Of a stretch of 31,006 nt of DNA, positions 1 to 9,163 are shown one piece after another. The notes beneath the pieces are model-generated. The model worked only from the letters and a program-made list of their open reading frames with translations, was not told the DNA's origin and ran no database searches. The stretch's first letter is position 1; each line of letters opens with the position of its first letter. The position numbers and the translations under genes are program-made. This stretch comes from Gammaproteobacteria bacterium. Lineage in GTDB: Bacteria > Pseudomonadota > Gammaproteobacteria > GCA-001735895. Location of the stretch: contig JBNKUM010000005.1 in assembly GCA_050298595.1 (NCBI GenBank), forward strand, positions 1-31,006, written 5' to 3'.

Positions 1-1071
1 AGTGACAACGACAGCATCAGCAATTTTGATGAAATGCTCAGTGGTGGAAGCGCACCGGTAGTGAGTTCGGTATCTCCTTTAGAGGGAGCGAGCGGAGTAT
101 TAGAAACCACGGCCATCACTGCCACCTTCGACGATCCAATGATCGCATCCACATTAACGACCTCCAGTTTTATGGTGACTGGTGCCAGTTCTGGTGAGGT
201 GAGTGGTACAGTTTCTTATGATAGCGTGACAAAAGTTGCGACCTTCACGCCTTCATCGGCACTTAATTACGCCGAAGTCTATACTGTAACGCTAGGTATG
301 ACAGTACAGAATAGTGCATCCATCGGTCTGGCCAGTGCAAAAAGCTGGAGTTTCACGGTCAAATCTGCTCCGGTTGTACAGGTGATCGATATCACCTTTA
401 CTCTGCCTCAGATGCTCTTACAATCCAGGCTGTCTGACACGGGTGCTACGACTGCTTATGTACAGGTCGATGGGGGATCACGTCAAGCGATGACACTGAC
501 CGGTTCAGCTGCCAGCATCCAGCTAAGCGGACTGACTCCAGGTACGCATCAGTTCACCGTTATTCTGGAGTACGCACTGACTTCAGATCCGCAAAACCCG
601 GTTACCCTGGTGGAATCTACCAAAAGTGTCAGCATCACCACAGGCAGTAATAGTATCAGCTTCGTTGACAGTGATTTTGATTTCAGCCTGTTTGACAGTG
701 ACAACGACAGCATCAGCAATTTTGATGAAATGCTGAGTGGTGGAAGCGCACCGGTAGTGAGTTCGGTATCTCCTTTAGAGGGAGCGAGCGGAGTATTAGA
801 AACCACGGCCATCACTGCCACCTTCGACGATCCAATGATCGCATCCACATTAACGACCTCCAGTTTTATCGTGACTGGTACCAGTTCTGGTGAGGTGAGT
901 GGTACAGTTTCTTATGATAGCGTGACAAAAGTTGCGACCTTCAGGCCTTCATCGGCACTTAATTACGCCGAAGTCTATACTGTAACGCTAAGTACGACAG
1001 TACAGAATAGTGCATCCATCGGTCTGGCCAGTGCAAAAAGCTGGAGTTTCACGGTCAAATCGGCTCCGGTT
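1..1071 (+). repeat. Intragenic tandem repeat, period 696 bp (copies 1-375 and 697-1071)
   Basis: Direct comparison of the two copies gives 7 mismatches in 375 bp (counted by eye). Confidence 0.95.
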
Positions 1072-3861
1072 ACGCAGGTTGGAAGCGTGTCCACTTTGAG
1101 CACTAGCTCTTCTCCGATCCTGGCATACAATGATGCCGGCGATGGTGTAGCAGTATGGATAGTTCAGGATGTCGGCTATTCTTTGAAGTATTCGATGTAT
1201 GACAGGAGCAGTGACACTTGGTCATCCGAAGCTTTACTGTCTTCAAGTGCCTTCTCAAATTTGATGGAGCCTCAACTCGTCAGTAACGGTGCAGGTTTTG
1301 CTCTGGTTTGGGAGGAGTCTGATGACGTAGAACACCAGCTCTACGGGAGTTTTTACGATGGCTCTAACTGGTCCACGCCGGTAATTATTGATACCGAAGT
1401 TGAAGCTGTGAACTCTCCTGTACTGGCATCCAACGGCACTGGATATGCCGTTACCTGGTATCAGAATATCGTTGGGGATAGCCGCATCTTTGCCAGTGTT
1501 TCAACCGATGCAACATCCTGGGGGGCTCCAGTTGTTATCGACAATGGACTATTGAATGCCAGGTATCCGAAAATAGTTTCCAATGGATCTGAATATGCTG
1601 TGGTTTGGCAAGAGGCTTTACCAGAAAGGATAGGTGTCAATATATATCATGAGGGCTGGGGTGTTGGTACTGCTATTTTGCTGGATGATGAAACCAGTAC
1701 ATATGGCTCTTATGGGTATGATATTGCTTCCAATGGATCGGGTTTCTCTGTGGTCTGGGGTAATAATAATAGTGTCTACAATCGAACTTATTACAACTCA
1801 GGAACATTCGGTTGGAGTCCCATCATCGAGATCAATGGTTCTATATCGCCAGCTTATCTGGGGGGGGCTTCAGATGGTCCAGTGTTCTCGATTGCCTCAA
1901 ATGGTACTGGGTACGCAACAATTTTTTCAGGTTTAGCCAATTCAATTAAGTATGCAGTCATTAATACTGCTGGTGATAGTAGCTGGGGTACACCTGCGGC
2001 ATTACAGCTGGAATCTAACTTCCATGAACCTGGAAATCCGATGATTGTCTCCAATGGCAATACCTATGCTGCGTTATGGCCGCAATACACTGACGCCTCC
2101 ACATTCGACTTATTCTCAAGCGTCTATGATGGTACTTCCTGGCCTATAGCTGCTGCTATTGATACGGGTGTCCGCTCGATTAAAGGGGGCTATAGCTTGG
2201 TAGGCAGTGGTTCTCAGTATATCGCTACATGGGCTAAACAGTTTGGAAATTCCACTAAGGTGTATGCCAAAGTTTATACGGAAACCTCTCCTCAAAACGA
2301 ATGGGGTCAGGTTCAAGCCCTTGATACGGGGTCTCAAAATGTCACTCCTCCTACTATTAAAGCGCGCCCAAACGGTGGAGCAACTGTTTCCTGGAGCCAG
2401 CTTGACTTAGGTGTGTTTGCTAACACTTTTAATAGCTCAAACTGGTCTGGTGAACGCTTACTTGCCAGTGCTCCGGGCGGTAGTAGTCTTTCTTCCAGGC
2501 TGTTCAGTAATGGACATGGTCAGACATTGGCCGTGTGGAAGCAGAAATCTAGTAACAACTATGACCTGTATGTAAATATCAGCAAAAATGGCATCTGGGG
2601 TCAACCGCAGCTCCTGTTTTCCGGTTCCGATCAAATAGAGTTTTATGTTACGACTGATGGCATCGGTTTCGCCATGGTCTGGAACGATTATGATGGTGCT
2701 TATTGGTCTATATATGCGAGTATTTTTGATGGTATCCAATGGGGGGCGGTTACGGAGGTTGATGATAGCTCGATCGCAGGTCATGCGTACACTGGTGGTA
2801 GGTTTTCACCCATAGTCTCAAATGGTAATGGCTATATGCTGGTTTATAGCCAGTATGATGGCAGTAATTACTATGACACCTATGCCCGTCAATATAAGGG
2901 GTCAGGCTGGAAAGCGCCGGTAGTTTTGAATTCACATAGGAACAGCTCAAATGTCAGCGTAACTCCTTCAATTGCAACCAATGGTATGACTTATCTCGCT
3001 GTCTGGGTTCTCAGGTCGAGCATTACGCTACCCTCAACAGAGGCGTATTCTAGTGAGTTTGATGGTACCAGCTGGTCTGATGCAGAGCGTTTTATCAATG
3101 GCGGTTCCAGCAATGATATTAGCGCTTCGATTATAGGACTGGTTTCTAATGGTGCGGATTATCTCGCTGTGTGGGCACAGGATGATGGAACATCGCAGTA
3201 TCGAGCGTTAAGTAATTTCTATGCTGCTGGTAGCTGGGGCACAGCTTCAACCCTGGATACAGGAACAACCGGGCATCAGCTTACTACGCCATCAGCGATA
3301 TCAAATGGTACGGGTTATGCGGTCGTATGGGATGAGCATACAGGGACAGCGGATAGTGTAGTGGTCAATATCTACAACGGCACGAGTTGGCTAGGTCCAG
3401 TTACTTTAGATGACGGGGCGTCTGGTTCTGTTCATCTGTCATATTTTCCCAGGGACTTTATCTCTAGCTATGCGGATAGCTATGCAGTGACCTGGTCGCG
3501 GGATGATGGTACTGGAGTGCTTAATCCCTTTGTTAGTGTTTTCGACGGGACCTGGTCACCCGCCACAGCACTGGAAACGAATGCCGGAACTATCGACTAT
3601 CTGCAGATCGCTAGCAATGGTAACGGATTCCTGGCTGCCTGGATTCAGCAGGACGATTCCGATATTCATCATGTTATGCAAAACCGTTATGATCCAGTCA
3701 ATGGCTGGAGTGGTTCGACAATACTGGACGCAGATCTCAATAATAGAGTTTTTGATTTATCGTTAATTGCTTCCCCGGATGTCTACCAGGCTATCTGGAC
3801 CCAGGCTGAACCCAGCGGCGATCCAATAGTGCGCTTCCCATGGGCCAGGATGGGCTTTTGA
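1..3861 (+). CDS. Large surface protein (5'-truncated): Big_5/SbsA-type Ig-like repeats, acidic Ca-binding-like motif, C-terminal multi-blade beta-propeller region
   Basis: Frame 1 is open from base 1 (SDNDSISNFDE precedes the ATG at 34), so the true start lies upstream of the window. 'APVVSSVSP..A.GV....AITATFDDPM...VSGTVSYD....ATFTPS..L.Y...YTVTL....SWSFT' is a Big_5-like Ig domain and occurs twice. FDSDNDSISNFDE resembles a DxDxD Ca-binding motif. The C-terminal ~920 aa are ~50-aa repeats with an SNGxG[YF]AVxW core. Confidence 0.8.
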   Translation, partial: SDNDSISNFDEMLSGGSAPVVSSVSPLEGASGVLETTAITATFDDPMIASTLTTSSFMVTGASSGEVSGTVSYDSVTKVATFTPSSALNYAEVYTVTLGMTVQNSASIGLASAKSWSFTVKSAPVVQVIDITFTLPQMLLQSRLSDTGATTAYVQVDGGSRQAMTLTGSAASIQLSGLTPGTHQFTVILEYALTSDPQNPVTLVESTKSVSITTGSNSISFVDSDFDFSLFDSDNDSISNFDEMLSGGSAPVVSSVSPLEGASGVLETTAITATFDDPMIASTLTTSSFIVTGTSSGEVSGTVSYDSVTKVATFRPSSALNYAEVYTVTLSTTVQNSASIGLASAKSWSFTVKSAPVTQVGSVSTLSTSSSPILAYNDAGDGVAVWIVQDVGYSLKYSMYDRSSDTWSSEALLSSSAFSNLMEPQLVSNGAGFALVWEESDDVEHQLYGSFYDGSNWSTPVIIDTEVEAVNSPVLASNGTGYAVTWYQNIVGDSRIFASVSTDATSWGAPVVIDNGLLNARYPKIVSNGSEYAVVWQEALPERIGVNIYHEGWGVGTAILLDDETSTYGSYGYDIASNGSGFSVVWGNNNSVYNRTYYNSGTFGWSPIIEINGSISPAYLGGASDGPVFSIASNGTGYATIFSGLANSIKYAVINTAGDSSWGTPAALQLESNFHEPGNPMIVSNGNTYAALWPQYTDASTFDLFSSVYDGTSWPIAAAIDTGVRSIKGGYSLVGSGSQYIATWAKQFGNSTKVYAKVYTETSPQNEWGQVQALDTGSQNVTPPTIKARPNGGATVSWSQLDLGVFANTFNSSNWSGERLLASAPGGSSLSSRLFSNGHGQTLAVWKQKSSNNYDLYVNISKNGIWGQPQLLFSGSDQIEFYVTTDGIGFAMVWNDYDGAYWSIYASIFDGIQWGAVTEVDDSSIAGHAYTGGRFSPIVSNGNGYMLVYSQYDGSNYYDTYARQYKGSGWKAPVVLNSHRNSSNVSVTPSIATNGMTYLAVWVLRSSITLPSTEAYSSEFDGTSWSDAERFINGGSSNDISASIIGLVSNGADYLAVWAQDDGTSQYRALSNFYAAGSWGTASTLDTGTTGHQLTTPSAISNGTGYAVVWDEHTGTADSVVVNIYNGTSWLGPVTLDDGASGSVHLSYFPRDFISSYADSYAVTWSRDDGTGVLNPFVSVFDGTWSPATALETNAGTIDYLQIASNGNGFLAAWIQQDDSDIHHVMQNRYDPVNGWSGSTILDADLNNRVFDLSLIASPDVYQAIWTQAEPSGDPIVRFPWARMGF

Positions 3862-3901
3862 TGCTGTTTTGTAATTGCATGATTGCTGATGGCCAAAAGT
3901 T

Positions 3902-6589
3902 ATGAATTCAATCGTTAACGATCTGCAACCCGGTTTTTCCATACTCTGGTACGAGATTAAATCTGTACTAGGTCGTGGCGGCTTTGGTATTACCTATCTG
4001 GCCACAGATAACAACCTGGGTCATCAGGTTGCCATCAAGGAATACCTGCCTCGCGATTTCGCTACGCGTAGTGGTGATAGCACGGTCCAGCCCGTTTCTA
4101 TTGAGCAAAGAGATCTGTTCGACTGGGGCCTTGAACGGTTTATGAGTGAAGCTCAGACACTGGCCAAGTTTAAACACCCCAATATCGTTCGTGTATCCAG
4201 TGTTTTCATGCATAACAACACGGGCTATATGGTGATGGATTACGAGCAGGGTGAAGTTCTCAGTCATGTTTATAGACGGAAAAAAAAGCTCACTCAGCAA
4301 GCGCTGGAAAACATCTATTATCCAATCATTCATGGCCTGTCATTAGTACATAAAGAAGGTTTTATACATCGTGATATCAAACCAGCTAACATTTATATTC
4401 GAGCGGATGGTTCACCGGTATTAATTGATTTTGGAGCGGCAAGACAGCCGGTAGGAACCAGAACGGAAAAGTTAACTACGATGCTTTCCGTTGGCTATGC
4501 TCCCTTTGAACAGTACAATGAGACGCCGGGAAAGCAGGGATCGTGGAGCGATATCTATGCGCTAGGTGCAAGCATGTATCAGGGAGTTACCGGAGAAAAA
4601 CCTGTAGAATCAAGCATACGTGGAATAGGCCTGTTGCACAATGAGGCTGATCCATATGAACCTCTGTCCGTAGTATCCAGATCGGCTGGATATAGCCGCT
4701 CATTTTTACGAGCAATTGATCAGGCATTGATGATGCAGATTCAGGATCGCCCGCAGACATTGAATGAGTTTTTAGCAATGTTGAAAGGTGACATCGCTTT
4801 GCCTGATTTGTCAGGTGATGTCGCTTTACCAGATTTGTCAGGCAGGTCGTTAACAGACAAGGAACCTTCCATTGGGTCGTTAGGTGGTATCGCTTTGCCT
4901 GATTTGTCAGATGGGGCGTTAACAGAGATTGAACCAACCATGATTCTCGAAAAGGCAGTCATCAGCCCGAGGAATCATAAATTTTCTGGAATGGTGGCAA
5001 AGCGGCCTGGTCCAGTAACCCGTACAGCAGCGGACGAGCGTACTGCAAAGAAGTCTCTATTCAGTCAGCCAGGAATTCGGATCATTACAGTAATGGTTGT
5101 AGCTATTGTATTGGCTTTTTTACCTTTGCGGTTGCCGTTGCCTGATCAGATATTTGAGCAAGATACAGCGCAGCAGAAAATTCGAACCTTATTTGAAAAA
5201 GCTGAAAATCAAATTCAAGCCGGGCTGTATTATGACAAATCTGGTGAGGGTGCATTAAATGCTTACCAGAAAATTCTTAGCATTGATGAACAAAATTCGG
5301 CAGCCAAAAAAGGTATAAATCAAGTTGGGCTTCTGCTATTGAAACAAGCTCAGCAATCTTTGGATAACAAAGACCTGGCCAGCACGGATAAAGAGTTAAG
5401 AATAATTAGTCAATTTGTTCCTATGTTAAACGGGTTGTCCGAAACCCAGCAAAAGTTTAAGCACCTTCTGAGTAGTGAAAAGCAAATAGAAGTCCTTCTG
5501 GGCAAGGCTGACATTGCGCTGGGCAAAGGACAGGTTTATGAACCAGAGCAGGAAAATGCAATTTTCTATTACCAGAATGTAATCCAGCTGGATCAGAATA
5601 ATGTTACTGCCAGGCTTGGATTATCTGATATTTCAGACAAGTTGATCATTGATGCACAAAGCGAGATAGCCGGAAAGCACTTTAAGAATGCAGAAAAGCT
5701 GATATCTCTTGTTGAAACTATTAAGCCCGAAAGTCCTTCAATTAAAAATTTGCGAGAGAAGGTTAAAAGGTCTAATCAGCTGGAACACCTGCTGGCCAAG
5801 GCGGATACGGCTTATAAGCAACATCACTACCTTGTACCAGAAAATGACAATGCCTATCTGTTTTATAAAAAAGTATTAATCCTGAAGCCTTCGAACTTAA
5901 TTGCGCGAGATCGACTTTCTGAAGTGGCTGACCTGTATGCAGCTAAGGTGAACAAAAACATACAAACTGGTGACATAACTGAAGCAAAGAGAAATCTGGC
6001 TGTTCTGGATAAGTATTTTCCAGACTATTCAGGATTGTCTGATTTAAAATCCGGTTTGGCAAGAATGGAAACCAGGATAAAGAATGCAGAAAAAGCTTAT
6101 CAAAACCTGGCGGTAGATAATACATCTCTTGCGACAGGAAATAACCCGGCACAGGATAAATTTCAGAATCAACCCTGGATAACGGATGCAGAAAAAGCTA
6201 ATCTAAATCTAGCTACAGCTAATACATTTCTTCCGCCAGGAATTAACCAGAAACAGGATGACTTTCAGGTCGTTCAGGATATTGTTGGACAGTTTATGGA
6301 GTCATTCAGATCCATGGATATGCGGGGCTTGTTAAAAGTTTCACGACTAACAGATCAGCAGCATGCGCTTTATTCCGAGATATTTAAGTCCTACGAATCT
6401 TTGAGAATCACTGTGGTACCTAATACTTTTAAGCTGATGAAAGAACATGGTACGGGTCGTGTTGAGTTTGAAGTTAGCGACCTGGTTGATGTTAAAGGAC
6501 GTCCTGTTAGTACAGCTGCTGGCTGGACGAAAATAGAAATTAAGATAACAAGAAAAAATGATAACTGGCTAAAGGTTGAAATTTTATGA
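3902..6589 (+). CDS. Membrane-anchored Hanks-type Ser/Thr protein kinase with extracytoplasmic TPR-like repeats
   Basis: Kinase motifs LGRGGFG, VAIKE, HRDIKPANI, DFG, GYAPFEQ and SDIYALG. One TM segment (IITVMVVAIVLAFLPL). Three helical repeats 'A..YQ.IL.[IL]D..N..A..G' and a C-terminal alpha/beta domain. Confidence 0.93.
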   Translation: MNSIVNDLQPGFSILWYEIKSVLGRGGFGITYLATDNNLGHQVAIKEYLPRDFATRSGDSTVQPVSIEQRDLFDWGLERFMSEAQTLAKFKHPNIVRVSSVFMHNNTGYMVMDYEQGEVLSHVYRRKKKLTQQALENIYYPIIHGLSLVHKEGFIHRDIKPANIYIRADGSPVLIDFGAARQPVGTRTEKLTTMLSVGYAPFEQYNETPGKQGSWSDIYALGASMYQGVTGEKPVESSIRGIGLLHNEADPYEPLSVVSRSAGYSRSFLRAIDQALMMQIQDRPQTLNEFLAMLKGDIALPDLSGDVALPDLSGRSLTDKEPSIGSLGGIALPDLSDGALTEIEPTMILEKAVISPRNHKFSGMVAKRPGPVTRTAADERTAKKSLFSQPGIRIITVMVVAIVLAFLPLRLPLPDQIFEQDTAQQKIRTLFEKAENQIQAGLYYDKSGEGALNAYQKILSIDEQNSAAKKGINQVGLLLLKQAQQSLDNKDLASTDKELRIISQFVPMLNGLSETQQKFKHLLSSEKQIEVLLGKADIALGKGQVYEPEQENAIFYYQNVIQLDQNNVTARLGLSDISDKLIIDAQSEIAGKHFKNAEKLISLVETIKPESPSIKNLREKVKRSNQLEHLLAKADTAYKQHHYLVPENDNAYLFYKKVLILKPSNLIARDRLSEVADLYAAKVNKNIQTGDITEAKRNLAVLDKYFPDYSGLSDLKSGLARMETRIKNAEKAYQNLAVDNTSLATGNNPAQDKFQNQPWITDAEKANLNLATANTFLPPGINQKQDDFQVVQDIVGQFMESFRSMDMRGLLKVSRLTDQQHALYSEIFKSYESLRITVVPNTFKLMKEHGTGRVEFEVSDLVDVKGRPVSTAAGWTKIEIKITRKNDNWLKVEIL

Positions 6590-6665
6590 CGCTTACTTTA
6601 GCCCGCTATTGCCTGCTAGTTGTTTCAGTCGAACTAATACCCCGTCATAATGGAGAATATTGAGT

Positions 6666-7277
6666 ATGAAAAAAAATCTGATTCGTTGGTTTACCCTTAT
6701 ATTTTTTCTGCAAATTACTATACCTTCTGTATCAGCTGAGCAGTTAGAACTAAAAACTCCAGATATCGAACCACCAAAGATATTTTTTGATGTAAACATT
6801 GGTTTACTGGAGGAGGGGATACAAACTTTTTCAGTCACGGCTACCGATAATGTAGGTATTGCATCCGTCACCCTGTACTACAAAGGCGTTAATGATATCG
6901 CTTTTATACCGAGAAAAATGAAGCAGTCTACATCTGATCCGACGTTATACACGGCTGATGTATCTATCGATTCCGTAATATCCAATAAACTTGATGTTTA
7001 TATCCGTGCAGATGATGTATCGGGAAATAGCATTTTAGAAGGCCAGAAATTCTCGCCTTTTACATTTGCCATTATACCAAGAGATACATCAGAAAAAGTG
7101 GCTGATACTGTAACCGAGCCACCTGTTGAAGAAGAAGGGATGAGTATGTTCACCATGATACTGATTGGTGTCGGAGTACTTGCCCTGGTTGGAAGTGGCG
7201 GCGGTGGCGGTGGTGGAAGTAGTTCAAGTGATAATACTGGATCTATAACCATTACGTCTCCTATACCCGGTGAATAA
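6666..7277 (+). CDS. Exported hypothetical protein: signal peptide, Ig-like domain, C-terminal hydrophobic helix plus Gly/Ser tail
   Basis: MKKNLIRW...PSVSA-E signal peptide (ATG 6666 preferred over the track's TTG 6660). 'DIEPP...VTATDNVGIASVTLYY' Ig-like motif. Ends MILIGVGVLALVGSGGGGGGGSSSS. Confidence 0.8.
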   Translation: MKKNLIRWFTLIFFLQITIPSVSAEQLELKTPDIEPPKIFFDVNIGLLEEGIQTFSVTATDNVGIASVTLYYKGVNDIAFIPRKMKQSTSDPTLYTADVSIDSVISNKLDVYIRADDVSGNSILEGQKFSPFTFAIIPRDTSEKVADTVTEPPVEEEGMSMFTMILIGVGVLALVGSGGGGGGGSSSSDNTGSITITSPIPGE

Positions 7278-7338
7278 AATACGATTCATTCTTGAGATGC
7301 TGTCTGAAAGGTCTCGGGGATAATTATTAAACCATATT

Positions 7339-7360
7339 CCCTGAAATGATTATTTCAGGG
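7339..7360. terminator. Hairpin between convergent genes (possible bidirectional terminator)
   Basis: ccctgaaat-gatt-atttcaggg, a perfect 9-bp stem; no strong U-tract. Confidence 0.4.
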
Positions 7361-7401
7361 TCGAACAGGTAGACTGATAGTGCGACATAAGAAAAGGGCG
7401 G

Positions 7402-8598
7402 TTAATTGTCGAGTGCCTGTTTGATATCAGCAAGTATGTCACTATAGTTTTCCAACCCAACCGAGAGCCTTATCAATCCATTGCTGATGCCGTGTTTTAG
7501 TCGGTCTTCTTCAGAGTAAGTAATATGCGTCATACTGGCAGGGTGTTGCGCCAGTGTTTCTGCATCGCCCAGACTGACGGCGCGCATGGCTAATTTCAGC
7601 TTGTCCATAAAGTGAATCCCTGCTTCATAGCCACCTTTAAGTTCAAATGCAATCATGCCTCCAAAGTCACTCATCTGAGTTTTGGCTAACTCATGTTGAG
7701 GGTGTGATTGAAGACCTGGGTAATAAACCTGAGAAACTGCCGGGTGTTGCTCAAGAAACTCGGCGAGCTTAAATGCGGAGTTCGAGTGTCGGTCCATTCT
7801 TATTTCGAGCGTTTTCAAACCTCTGAGTACGAGATAGGCGTCGAAGGGTGAGATGACCGCACCAGTCATGTCTTTAACACCGTACAGATGAATATGTTGA
7901 ATATCCTCCTGCGGGCCGATGATCGCTCCAGCAATAACATCACCATGACCGCACAGATATTTAGTCATTGAGTGCACAACGAAATCAGCACCCATTTCGA
8001 TGGGTCTCTGTAGGTAAGGCGTGCAATAGGTGTTGTCAACAATCACTCTGGCGTTAGATTGATGCGCGATGTCGCAAACCTTTTTTATATCGATAAGGCG
8101 CATATTGGGGTTTGCTGGAGTTTCGAAGAAAAGGAATCGAGTTTTCTGCGTTATTAAACCCTTTAGTTCATTGGGCTGGGTAAAGTCTGCAAACACAATC
8201 TTTACGCCAAATTTTGACAGGCCTTCGGTAAATAGTGCGTAGGTACAGCCATACAGCGTTTTATCGGACAATATCTCATCACCGGGCTGAATAAATGACC
8301 AGATTAAAGCGGTGATGGCTCCCATGCCTGATGCTACTGCTAAAGCAGCTTCGCCACTTTCTAAATTGGCCAGTTTCTTTTCCAGTACAGATTCGGTGGG
8401 GTTGCCTATTCTCGAGTATACAAACCCCTGTTCTTCACCAAGAAAACGTTTTTGCCCTTGTTCGGTGGATTCAAATGCATAAGTTGAGTTGAGATATACC
8501 GGTGGGTTCAGGGCGCCATGATGATCAAATGGATTGTATCCACTGTGAATGGCTCGAGTACTGAACCCCTGTTCTTTATTCTTTAGTTTATCGTTCAT
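7402..8598 (-). CDS. megL: Methionine gamma-lyase (PLP-dependent, Cys/Met metabolism family)
   Basis: YSRIGNPT, SGMGAI, LYGCT (Tyr-Gly-Cys typical of MGL), DNTYCTP, HSMTKYLCGHGD (PLP lysine), AVSLGDAE, HPASMTH, LIRLSVGLE. Confidence 0.9.
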   Translation of the reverse strand: MNDKLKNKEQGFSTRAIHSGYNPFDHHGALNPPVYLNSTYAFESTEQGQKRFLGEEQGFVYSRIGNPTESVLEKKLANLESGEAALAVASGMGAITALIWSFIQPGDEILSDKTLYGCTYALFTEGLSKFGVKIVFADFTQPNELKGLITQKTRFLFFETPANPNMRLIDIKKVCDIAHQSNARVIVDNTYCTPYLQRPIEMGADFVVHSMTKYLCGHGDVIAGAIIGPQEDIQHIHLYGVKDMTGAVISPFDAYLVLRGLKTLEIRMDRHSNSAFKLAEFLEQHPAVSQVYYPGLQSHPQHELAKTQMSDFGGMIAFELKGGYEAGIHFMDKLKLAMRAVSLGDAETLAQHPASMTHITYSEEDRLKHGISNGLIRLSVGLENYSDILADIKQALDN

Positions 8599-8695
8599 TA
8601 CGTCAATAATTCGTTTAAATATGATTTAGCTAGGATATGCTATGAGATACTTTAAATATATCGAATAAACTGCGGAAAACTGAGGGTGACAGGCA

Positions 8696-9163
8696 ATGGA
8701 TCGAATTGATTTCGAAATTATCAGGCATTTACAGAATAATGGTCGAATTTCTAATAAATCTCTGGCAGCGAAGGTAAATCTTGCACCTTCAAGCTGTTTT
8801 GAAAGAGTTAAGCAGCTCTATGCTGAAGACATTATTGAGGGAATTCATGCTGACGTTAAGCCTAAAGCTATGGGTATAGAGCTGGAGGCCATGTATTTTA
8901 TTGGATTGAATAAGCATTCCAGGGATCTGGTTGAAAACCTCCAGAAAGAGATAGCGCTAATGCCTGAAGTTCGTTCAGTTTATCTGGTGTCAGGTCAGTT
9001 TGATTTTCTGATTCACGTTGCGGTTAAAGATACCGATCATTTACGCAACCTGGCACTGGACTATTTTACCGTTCGTCCAGAAGTCACCCGGATTGAAACA
9101 GTGTTAATTTTTGATCATCAGCGGAATTTTGAGCTGCCTAACTATAAAATCGATCAGAGATAA
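8696..9163 (+). CDS. Lrp/AsnC family transcriptional regulator, divergent from megL (MdeR-like arrangement)
   Basis: MDRIDFEIIRHLQNNGRISNKSLAAKVNLAPSSC..RVKQL HTH plus a C-terminal RAM domain (VSGQFDF). Confidence 0.93.
   Translation: MDRIDFEIIRHLQNNGRISNKSLAAKVNLAPSSCFERVKQLYAEDIIEGIHADVKPKAMGIELEAMYFIGLNKHSRDLVENLQKEIALMPEVRSVYLVSGQFDFLIHVAVKDTDHLRNLALDYFTVRPEVTRIETVLIFDHQRNFELPNYKIDQR

Noticed and set aside
1-1071. Template/variable repeat pair of a diversity-generating retroelement
   Set aside because: Both copies are in-frame domains of one gene, the mismatches are not adenine-specific, and there is no reverse transcriptase in the window.
3830-3861. Terminal Phe of the first ORF as a beta-barrel (autotransporter) signal
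   Set aside because: The C-terminus is the last propeller-like blade; no amphipathic barrel domain is evident.
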